The position numbers were made by a program, and so were the translations under genes. Shown here one piece after another: positions 56,433 through 64,000 of a stretch of DNA of 64,000 nucleotides. Every line of letters begins with the position of its first letter. Position 1 is the first letter of the stretch. The notes below the pieces were generated by a model. The model was not told the origin of the DNA. It did not search any database and was given only the letters and a program-made list of their open reading frames with translations. The DNA lies in contig JANJXX010000001.1 of the NCBI GenBank assembly GCA_024720975.1, positions 287,408-351,407 of the forward strand. Direction: 5' to 3'. The DNA comes from Thermoproteota archaeon (GTDB lineage: Archaea > Asgardarchaeota > Njordarchaeia > Njordarchaeales > Panguiarchaeaceae).

Positions 56433-56645
56433 AAATCCAATTGCTCATCTACTCACCGTGTGCACTTGGGATTACTAGACATATGTTCGCTCTGATTCCA
56501 TTGAAACAATCATTATTCACTACGGAGCTAGACCATCGAGATAATACTTATAAAAAGCTAGAATAACACGCGAGTATAACGTATTTATTAAAAATTACCT
56601 GGGTTTTACTTTTATATTACGAAAGACAAAGATTGGTGCCTTCGA

Positions 56646-56855
56646 ATGAAAGTAATCAGTATTAGATTGCCCGACTGGATGCTGGAGCTGATAGATCAGC
56701 TCTGTATGAAAGGAGTTTTTATTTCTAGATCGGAATTCATAAGATATGCCATTCGTTCTGCACTTAAGAAGTATGAAAAAGAGCTCCAAGGTGTTCAGCA
56801 ATCTGCAGAAGCGCGACTTAAAAGAATTGAATGGAAAATCGAGGAGGAGATCTAA
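56646..56855 (+). CDS. Ribbon-helix-helix (CopG-like) regulator
   Basis: MKVISIRLP...ID.L...G...SRSEFIR.AIR. Confidence 0.88.
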   Translation: MKVISIRLPDWMLELIDQLCMKGVFISRSEFIRYAIRSALKKYEKELQGVQQSAEARLKRIEWKIEEEI

Positions 56856-56877
56856 CTCTTTGCATTTTCCCTATTTT

Positions 56878-57612
56878 TTAGACTACAATCATTGAAGCAT
56901 ATTTTACTACGTGCTCTATATTGCCCCTAAGGAAAGCTAAAATTACGTTCTTAGCTATTTCTGGATTGTTGGCATTGAATACTAATACACTAAGTTTGGA
57001 GCGTTTTATCAATTTTAGCGACTGTATGTCAAATAGCGTATACGTACCAGCAAACTCACTACCCCTGAGAAAAGCATTGATTAATTCATCAACCATTATT
57101 AGATCGAATTTTTTTGCATCGGAATATATTTTTGGGTCCTTATCGAAAATTCCATTAACATCTGTACCTATTGCTAACACTCTTGCCCCCGATAGTTCAG
57201 CCACTTCTGCGGCCACTCCTACTGTTGACTGTCCCGGAATAAACCCACCTACGAAAATAACATCATAATCGTCTTTAATTTCGTAAACCTCAATTGGAGA
57301 TTTCGGTATTGATCCATATATCCTAATCTGCGTGTTGCTTACTCGATGCTTCAAAGCTGCGAGCAGAAGATAGGCATTAAGACGGGATACTTGGATTCCC
57401 AATTCATCGCACTCATATTCGTTTAAATGTAAATTTCGTCCCCACGATATGTACTTTCGGGCGGGTCTTCCACCACCAACTACTACTATAATCTTTGCAT
57501 GCTGAGTTAAATCAACGAGTACGCTTAGCCATTTGCTAACTATGTCTGAATTTAACTCTCCACCGGGTTCAAAGAGAACGGAACCACCAAGTTTCAACAC
57601 GATTGTCTCCAT
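56878..57612 (-). CDS. pyrH: UMP kinase
   Basis: KLGGS, VVGGG..AR.YI, D.LGI, PGQST and DVNGIFDKDP motifs. Confidence 0.95.
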   Translation of the reverse strand: METIVLKLGGSVLFEPGGELNSDIVSKWLSVLVDLTQHAKIIVVVGGGRPARKYISWGRNLHLNEYECDELGIQVSRLNAYLLLAALKHRVSNTQIRIYGSIPKSPIEVYEIKDDYDVIFVGGFIPGQSTVGVAAEVAELSGARVLAIGTDVNGIFDKDPKIYSDAKKFDLIMVDELINAFLRGSEFAGTYTLFDIQSLKLIKRSKLSVLVFNANNPEIAKNVILAFLRGNIEHVVKYASMIVV

Positions 57613-57828
57613 AACGCATCTCCAAGTATGCTAGTAGTTCAAATAAATATCTAATGTCAGATTACTGCACTCTAGCATGCGTAGAATAATCAGCAATATT
57701 AAGGAATTTCAACGCCGAGAAATTTATATCGAAATAAGAGGAAGACTAAAATATGAATAATCGATGAGCTTTCGAAGGTTAGTCTATTTTGCATTGTAAA
57801 TGTAACAAAAACTTAGTTAAGGCTGTTT

Positions 57829-60276
57829 TTGTTTGCTTACTTGATAAAAGCGGCAATAAGGGTGTCTGATGTGACAACCAAGTATTCGATGAACCTAAAG
57901 GCTAAGAGATGGGACATTAAGAAAGAAATTGAATTAATAAAGCTATGGAACGAGAAGAATATATATAGATTCAACGTAGACTCAACAAAACCAATTTTCT
58001 CTATAGATACACCCCCACCATACGCTTCCGGACGTCCACATATAGGCTTTGCTTGGCATTATTCTGCGATAGATTCAATTGCAAGATACATGCGCATGAA
58101 AGGATACGAAGTTTTGTTTCCAATGGGTATTGACCGAAACGGCTTACCGATCGAAGTGCAAGTGGAAAAGAAGTACAATATACACATGTATGAATACCCC
58201 AGAGAGAAGTTTATTGAATTATGCAGGAATTTACTGGATGAATACGAGAAGGAGCTCCTAGACCTGTGCACCAGGCTAGGATTCTCTAACAACTCATTGA
58301 AACCCGATGAGGTATATAGAACTGACTCTCCCGAATATAGGGCTTTGACCCAAGCGACCTTTATAGAGGCCTTCAAAAAAGGACTCATCTACGAAGACTA
58401 CCGTCCAAATAACTACTGCCCGCGATGCAGAACAACAATAGCTGATGCAGAAGTAGAATACATAGAGGAGATCACAGACCTTGTCTATATACGCTTTCCA
58501 TTAGTTAACGGCGGAGTCATAACAGTCGCTACTACGAGGCCTGAAATGCTGGCTGCATGTCAAGCTATCCTTGTGCATCCAGACGATGCTAGATACAGAA
58601 ACCTGCAAAACAATGAGGCTATTGTTCCGATGTATGAAAGAAGAGTAAAAATACTACCACACCGCGAAGTTAATGTAAATTTCGGAACTGGCGCTATGAT
58701 GCTTTGTAGTTATGGGGACGAAACTGATGTTAGATTATTCCGCGAACTTCAATTGACTCCTATAATTATAATAAGCGAAAACGGGGTCATGACGGAAGCG
58801 GCAGGAAAATATGCAGGACTACATGTTAAGGATGCTAGAAGTAAAATAGTCGAAGATTTGACGAAAGCGGGTTATATAGAAAGAATAGAGAAAATCAAGC
58901 ACGAAATTCCAGTATGTTGGCGTTGTAAAACTCCGATAGAATTCATACCGATGAAAGAGTTTTATCTAAAGCAAGTCGAATTCCTAGATTCACTAAGAGA
59001 AATCATTGACCAAATAACCTTTTATCCTAAGGAGAGTAAACAATTGTTGTTAAATTGGATAAATTCCGTTAAGAGCGACTGGCCTATATCTAGACGCCGC
59101 TACTATGGTACCGAGATCCCAATTTGGTACTGCGAAAATGGACATATTGTTTTACCAGAACCCGGCAGGTATTATCGGCCATGGGCTGAAGCTCCACCTT
59201 TTAATGAGTGTCCATACTGCAAATCTAAAAAGTTTATTCCAGAGACGCGAACGTTTGATACATGGATGGATTCAAGTATTTCAGCCCTGTACATTAGTGG
59301 GTATAAGAGAGACGAAAAACTGTTTTCAAAAGCTTTTATAGTTGATTTGCGACCCCAGGGAAAAGAAATCGTTCGAACTTGGCTATTCTATACAATACTT
59401 CGAACGTATCAGCTCACTTCCAAGCCTGCATTTAAGTCTGTATGGATAAGCGGACTTGTGATGGACGAAAAAGGCAGGAAAATGTCAAAAAGTCTTGGCA
59501 ATATAATTTATCCAGGACCGCTGATAGAAAAATACGGTGCCGACGCTCTTCGATTTGCTGGAGCAGCAGAAGCGAAGCTGGGTTCGGATTTATTTGCCTC
59601 AGAATCCAAAATAGAAGCAGCTTCAAAGTTCATCCAGAAACTATACAGTATAGCTAGATTCATCTCTGCATTCCCAGAACCAAGCAGAAGCGAGATTGAA
59701 CTGCTAGCTCTAGATGAGTGGATCATCGCAGAAGCTAACGCGACGCTTGAAAAAGTGATAGAGTACTACGATAACTTTGACTTCTTCGCTGTAAATTTTG
59801 TTAGAAACTTCGCATGGTATACATTTGCTGACCATTACATAGAACTCGTCAAGAGTCGAGCATACGGAAATGTCGGCAATGATAAACAACAAAAGGCTGC
59901 CTGGTGGACACTTCATTATGTATTAAAGCTCGTTCTCAAAATGCTTGCACCAGTAACACCGTTTATTACTGATTATATTTACCATGCATTATACGGGAAA
60001 ACCATCCACTTAGAAGCTTTTCCAAAGGTCGACAAGTATAATCCTGAACTACTAAATTACACTGGGCTTATTAAGGAAACTAACGCACGCGTGTGGACAC
60101 TTAAAAAAGAGAGAAAGCTGCCACTTAATGCTCCATTAAAATCAGTTCTTATACCAATTGAACTTAAACCCTTTGAGCTAGATCTCAAATCAGCTTACGT
60201 TGCAGATAAAATAGAATACTTTGAGGCTGAAGGACAAATTGCAGATAAAGTCTCCAAAGTTTGCATCATCATCTAG
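57829..60276 (+). CDS. valS: Valine--tRNA ligase (true start probably near 57871-57889)
   Basis: IDTPPPY.SG.PHIG, ATTRPE, DWPISR, DTWMDSS and KMSKS motifs. Confidence 0.96.
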   Translation: MFAYLIKAAIRVSDVTTKYSMNLKAKRWDIKKEIELIKLWNEKNIYRFNVDSTKPIFSIDTPPPYASGRPHIGFAWHYSAIDSIARYMRMKGYEVLFPMGIDRNGLPIEVQVEKKYNIHMYEYPREKFIELCRNLLDEYEKELLDLCTRLGFSNNSLKPDEVYRTDSPEYRALTQATFIEAFKKGLIYEDYRPNNYCPRCRTTIADAEVEYIEEITDLVYIRFPLVNGGVITVATTRPEMLAACQAILVHPDDARYRNLQNNEAIVPMYERRVKILPHREVNVNFGTGAMMLCSYGDETDVRLFRELQLTPIIIISENGVMTEAAGKYAGLHVKDARSKIVEDLTKAGYIERIEKIKHEIPVCWRCKTPIEFIPMKEFYLKQVEFLDSLREIIDQITFYPKESKQLLLNWINSVKSDWPISRRRYYGTEIPIWYCENGHIVLPEPGRYYRPWAEAPPFNECPYCKSKKFIPETRTFDTWMDSSISALYISGYKRDEKLFSKAFIVDLRPQGKEIVRTWLFYTILRTYQLTSKPAFKSVWISGLVMDEKGRKMSKSLGNIIYPGPLIEKYGADALRFAGAAEAKLGSDLFASESKIEAASKFIQKLYSIARFISAFPEPSRSEIELLALDEWIIAEANATLEKVIEYYDNFDFFAVNFVRNFAWYTFADHYIELVKSRAYGNVGNDKQQKAAWWTLHYVLKLVLKMLAPVTPFITDYIYHALYGKTIHLEAFPKVDKYNPELLNYTGLIKETNARVWTLKKERKLPLNAPLKSVLIPIELKPFELDLKSAYVADKIEYFEAEGQIADKVSKVCIII

Positions 60277-60440
60277 TTAGGATCTTTCTATCTTTCCAAC
60301 TATAGGTCGACGTTCAAGGCCTGGTTAAACATTAGTGCACTATTGTGGAGACCAAGATACTTGCGCTCACACACTCCTAGTTTAAAGAAGTCATCTTTAT
60401 CTCGAGTGAATTTTATAAAGATGAGTTCGTCGGGAAGCTG

Positions 60441-61196
60441 GTGTTTTGCTTGGCCCTAAAATACACCTATTTCTGCCCTAGATGCGGAAAGCCAACACAA
60501 TATAACAAGGAGAGAAACGGTCTTTGCATTGACTGCTTCGTAGAACTTGAAAAGGCTGAATTAGAAAACGAAGACTTCAAGTTCGACGTTACAATATGCA
60601 TTGGTTGTGGAAGAATTAAACATGGTAACTTATGGCTAGAATTAAATAAGGAAGTCCTCAAAACAAGGTTGTATAGCTTAATTCATGGTACGAAGCTGAA
60701 ATTTTATGACTTTGAAGTAGAACTACCAACAAATATAGACTTATCATCAGCATATCAGTACGATAAGCTAGACATTATAGCAAATGTATCCGTTAGGGAC
60801 CAAAAAATCATAAGAAAGCAAATAACACTTAGGATAAATAAGGCCTTCTGTCCACTATGTTCCAAAAAGCAGAGCGGAAAATACTATGAAAGTGTTATTC
60901 ACATCAGGTTTCAGCGCGAAAGTCGATCCAAGCTTACGGAGGTTCTAAGTGAATTCATCAACACCACTACTACCAGATTGGAGAAACTGGAGACAATAGA
61001 TGTTAAGAAGGAAGGCGAGGGAATCGTAATTAGGCTTTCCAGTAGAAAGTTAGCTAAAGAGTTGCTATCGGCTTTGAACAGGAAATTCTCACTTGCTATC
61101 CTTCGTAAATATCGAACGCCAGTAACTGTTAACATCAACAATAGACAACAACTCATCAACATTGATGTCTTCATAATTAGGTTATTTCAAGCATAA
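60441..61196 (+). CDS. NMD3-family ribosome biogenesis protein
   Basis: FCPRCG...LCIDC, C.GCG...W and CPLCSK..G.YYE.VI..R pattern. Confidence 0.85.
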   Translation: MFCLALKYTYFCPRCGKPTQYNKERNGLCIDCFVELEKAELENEDFKFDVTICIGCGRIKHGNLWLELNKEVLKTRLYSLIHGTKLKFYDFEVELPTNIDLSSAYQYDKLDIIANVSVRDQKIIRKQITLRINKAFCPLCSKKQSGKYYESVIHIRFQRESRSKLTEVLSEFINTTTTRLEKLETIDVKKEGEGIVIRLSSRKLAKELLSALNRKFSLAILRKYRTPVTVNINNRQQLINIDVFIIRLFQA

Positions 61197-61231
61197 GGTT
61201 GAGGGACTGCAGCGAAGATCATGATGTATTG

Positions 61232-61903
61232 TCACTCTAGAAAAGCATCAACTTGCGCAAGCCACTCATATAGCTTTTTAAGGGCCGATCTGATTTGATC
61301 TAAACCCTTAGCTCCGGTGCAGACAGCTCTGCCCGATCTAAACAGTAATAGCACTACTCTATGTATTGTGTCCTTGTATATGCATCCGGGAAATATCTCT
61401 GGCTCATATATCACGTTATAGCCGCCAGAAAGCGCTATAAGGTCCAGATTTAGCTTTCGTCCGAGGTCTGCACTAGCGACTATGTTCTGTATTTTAAGTC
61501 CAATATCGCTGGGTACTTCATATCCGCAGTGTTTTAAAATACTGATGAACCTATCAACTGCCTTCTTTAATTGTCCCTCCGAGCGCGTTCCTGTAACTAC
61601 GCAGTTACCTGAGGAGAATATAAGCATAGAAGCCTTGACATCAGGAAATCTCATCTTTAATATGAGTCCTGGGAATTCTTGAGGCGAGTGCCGAGCAATT
61701 AGGGGAAATTCCTCGGTTCTTTCATGCTCTTCTCGAAACTCGTATATTTTCTGCAACTCTGTCTGCATTTTTAGAAGATCTTTGTACAATTGCGGTAAAT
61801 TGAGTCTGATTCCTAGAATCAGCGAACCGACAATATTTTCAACTTTAAATTTGATTGATGGTTCTACAAATTCATATCCTGTTTCTTCTTCGGACACCCT
61901 CAT
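61232..61903 (-). CDS. tbp: TATA-box-binding protein with an insertion in repeat 1
   Basis: ENIVGS, PQEFPGL, IFSSG..V.TG, then IQNIVAS, YEPEIFPG, LFRSG..VCTGAK. Confidence 0.95.
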   Translation of the reverse strand: MRVSEEETGYEFVEPSIKFKVENIVGSLILGIRLNLPQLYKDLLKMQTELQKIYEFREEHERTEEFPLIARHSPQEFPGLILKMRFPDVKASMLIFSSGNCVVTGTRSEGQLKKAVDRFISILKHCGYEVPSDIGLKIQNIVASADLGRKLNLDLIALSGGYNVIYEPEIFPGCIYKDTIHRVVLLLFRSGRAVCTGAKGLDQIRSALKKLYEWLAQVDAFLE

Positions 61904-61998
61904 TCACCTTTATAAAAAGACAGATTTATAAACCTCTTATATTTAAACCAATATTAAACCTGCTGTATATATTCGAGTATTTTGTTAGACGCGGACAA

Positions 61999-63126
61999 TC
62001 ATGCGCTCGGAGTGTCCACGTCGGCTTCTCTCAGAAGGGAATCTTTTCCAAGTGGGCTTTTGAAAATCTCCTCACTATTGTTGAAATTACCCAATGGAAC
62101 GTCTATACCAGTTATCATGCAAAATACGCGTATCTTTGACTTATACTGTGGAAGTATTCTTAATCCAAATATTATTTCTTTATCCTCGCCCAGAGTTGTT
62201 GTAAATGTATTAACTATGTCATAGGATTCACTTAAAGTTAGGTCCTCTCCTCCTACAATCTCCATTAGGCAGGACTTTCCTAGCGCTGGATTAATATCTA
62301 ACAGCGGATTGTTCAATATCTTTTCAGCAACTTCCGTTGCACGCTTCTGGTCGGTTTTTTCTAAGGATGCAACACCAACAACGGCTATTCCCTTGTAAGA
62401 TAACACTTTACAAACGTCTGCAAAGTCTACATTAATCAAGCCAGGTTCGATTATTAGATCCTCTAGAGACTCCATTGACTGAACAAATAGGTCACCAGCT
62501 AAAGAGAATGCGCTGTGCATTGTTTGATGCGGAGCTACTTTTGCTAAACGTTCATTTGGAACAATTACTGTAACAGTTTGCATCCTCAAAATCTCACTTA
62601 AAGCCTCAAGCGCATTTCTAATACGCACACGCCCTTCGCACTTGAATGGTAAAGTGAGGAACGCTATTGATAATATACCCAGCTCACTAGTTAGCTCTAA
62701 TAGAGCCGGTGCTGCGCCTGAACCTGTTCCTCCCCCGAGTCCCGAGACAACAACCACTAAATCAGCATCAGAAATTAGCTTCTCCACTTGCTCTCGAGAT
62801 TCCTCAAAAGCTTTGCGACCTAGTATTGGGTCATTGCCAGCACCATAGCCCCGCGTTACTGTGCGCCCTATTAGAATACGCTGATGGGCTTTGCTTACAC
62901 TCAACTGGCTTGCATCTGTATTTATAGCTAATGTTTCAACGATTTTAGAACTGCGCATTCTTTCGAATAAAGCCGTGACAAAATTATTTCCAGCTCCTCC
63001 TATTCCAATAACCTTTATCTTGGGAAGTTGAAGAGGAGTACTATCCTCGATGATTTTAGGACTACTTTCCATGCTTTCAGAGACTGATTCCGCAGCTAAC
63101 TGAGCAATCAAGCTTTCTATATCCAT
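61999..63126 (-). CDS. ftsZ: Cell division protein FtsZ
   Basis: GIGGAGNN, INTD, GAGNDP, GGGTGSG, PF..EG..R and T7 loop INVDFAD. Confidence 0.93.
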   Translation of the reverse strand: MDIESLIAQLAAESVSESMESSPKIIEDSTPLQLPKIKVIGIGGAGNNFVTALFERMRSSKIVETLAINTDASQLSVSKAHQRILIGRTVTRGYGAGNDPILGRKAFEESREQVEKLISDADLVVVVSGLGGGTGSGAAPALLELTSELGILSIAFLTLPFKCEGRVRIRNALEALSEILRMQTVTVIVPNERLAKVAPHQTMHSAFSLAGDLFVQSMESLEDLIIEPGLINVDFADVCKVLSYKGIAVVGVASLEKTDQKRATEVAEKILNNPLLDINPALGKSCLMEIVGGEDLTLSESYDIVNTFTTTLGEDKEIIFGLRILPQYKSKIRVFCMITGIDVPLGNFNNSEEIFKSPLGKDSLLREADVDTPSA

Positions 63127-63218
63127 ATCTATCTCCTATGAGCTTAAAAGCAAGAGAATTATTAAGACGACGAGATATCTAGATAATACTTAGCTAACGC
63201 ATTACCAAGGTGTCATGA

Positions 63219-63668
63219 ATGAAGAAGGATTTCGAAATCATTGAAAAATATACAGCAGATGTAGCATTTATTGCATATGGCAGAGATCTAGAGGAATTAC
63301 TTATTAACAGTGCTCGGGCACTGACCGCGATCCAGGTTGACCTAAGAAATGTTGAACCAAAGGAATGCGTTGAAATATCTATCGAGGCGCAAAACCTACT
63401 AGGTTTCCTCAGGAAGTGGTTAGAAGAGTTCCTTTATTTGAGAGATGCGAGACGCTTATTTATTAGCAGGATCACGGATATTTCCATCAACATAAAGTTA
63501 TCCTCCCGAGAAGAGGACATTATCAGTGTGACAGCTAAAGTTTGTGGTGAAGAGTTCAATCCTCAAAAGCATGGAGGCTCCGTTGAGATAAAAGCCGTCT
63601 CATACCATGATATGGAAGTTGGTTTTAAAGATAATATGTGGTATGCGCATGTACTAGTTGACATCTAG
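63219..63668 (+). CDS. Archease
   Basis: TADVAF.AYG, EIKAVSYH and C-terminal VDI. Confidence 0.9.
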   Translation: MKKDFEIIEKYTADVAFIAYGRDLEELLINSARALTAIQVDLRNVEPKECVEISIEAQNLLGFLRKWLEEFLYLRDARRLFISRITDISINIKLSSREEDIISVTAKVCGEEFNPQKHGGSVEIKAVSYHDMEVGFKDNMWYAHVLVDI

Positions 63669-64000
63669 TGATATTCTTGCAAGCCGAAGAAATTGCAATT
63701 GTCTTGGACACTTCTGCAGTAATAAGGGGCCTGACATTCATAGAGGGTCTGAATGGTGCTGATAAAGTTGTGCGAACAGAAAGAATATTTCTCTTCTTAC
63801 CGCATTCAGTTGTTGAGGAGACCAAATACGAGAGTACGAAAGTACAACTAAACCTACTTTCGGATAGGATTACTGTTATAAAAGCGGGAAGGAAATATCT
63901 GGATCAAGCCATGAAAATTGCAGCTAAAGTTGGACTTAAATCCGAGTTGTCCGAAACCGACTTAGAAGTTATAGCATTGGCTTTAGAACTTAAGGAGCGA
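63668..64000 (+). CDS. nob1: Nob1-like PIN-domain endoribonuclease, runs off the window edge
   Basis: Manual translation from GTG 63668: ...VLDTSAVIRG...PHSVVEE...LSETDLEVIALALELK. Confidence 0.82.
   Translation, partial: MIFLQAEEIAIVLDTSAVIRGLTFIEGLNGADKVVRTERIFLFLPHSVVEETKYESTKVQLNLLSDRITVIKAGRKYLDQAMKIAAKVGLKSELSETDLEVIALALELKER

Noticed and set aside
61999-63126. Tubulin/OdinTubulin or CetZ
   Set aside because: GAGNDP, PF..EG..R and INVDFAD are FtsZ-type motifs.
1-64000. CRISPR arrays, IS elements, integrases or tRNA-derived att repeats
   Set aside because: No regularly spaced repeats, transposase or integrase motifs, or duplicated tRNA 3' ends were seen by eye. Short degenerate repeats could have been missed.

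Overview
Core-genome window of a thermophile-like archaeon. It has no rRNA operon, CRISPR array or recognisable mobile element. It is dense in housekeeping genes: ribosomal proteins, ArgRS/ValRS, a fused RNA polymerase A'A'' subunit, TBP, TFS, RadA, Top6B, a type IA topoisomerase, FtsZ, Elp3, pyruvate:ferredoxin oxidoreductase and FBP aldolase/phosphatase. It also has 7 tRNA genes (5 with introns) and at least 3 box C/D guide RNAs. Several eukaryotic-signature-like proteins (roadblock, single-domain gelsolin, OST5/TMEM258-like, OST48/WBP1-like with a KKxx tail, BBS2/7-like beta-propeller, Pro-rich VASP/WH2-like protein) plus the fused RpoA suggest an Asgard-type lineage; this is an inference. 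The top candidate for a new system is a three-gene minus-strand operon at 7391-9098. It encodes a double zinc-finger protein, a protein resembling the UFM1-conjugating E2 UFC1 with its catalytic Cys intact, and a YaaA/DUF6884-like protein, i.e. a possible archaeal UFMylation-type module. RNA-level highlights are two abutting BHB introns in tRNA-Met that would need ordered splicing, two C/D guides whose D+5 position lands on tRNA wobble base 34, and a C/D guide antisense to the 16S anti-Shine-Dalgarno tail. All homology calls come from motif reading and remembered family sequences; no database search was run.
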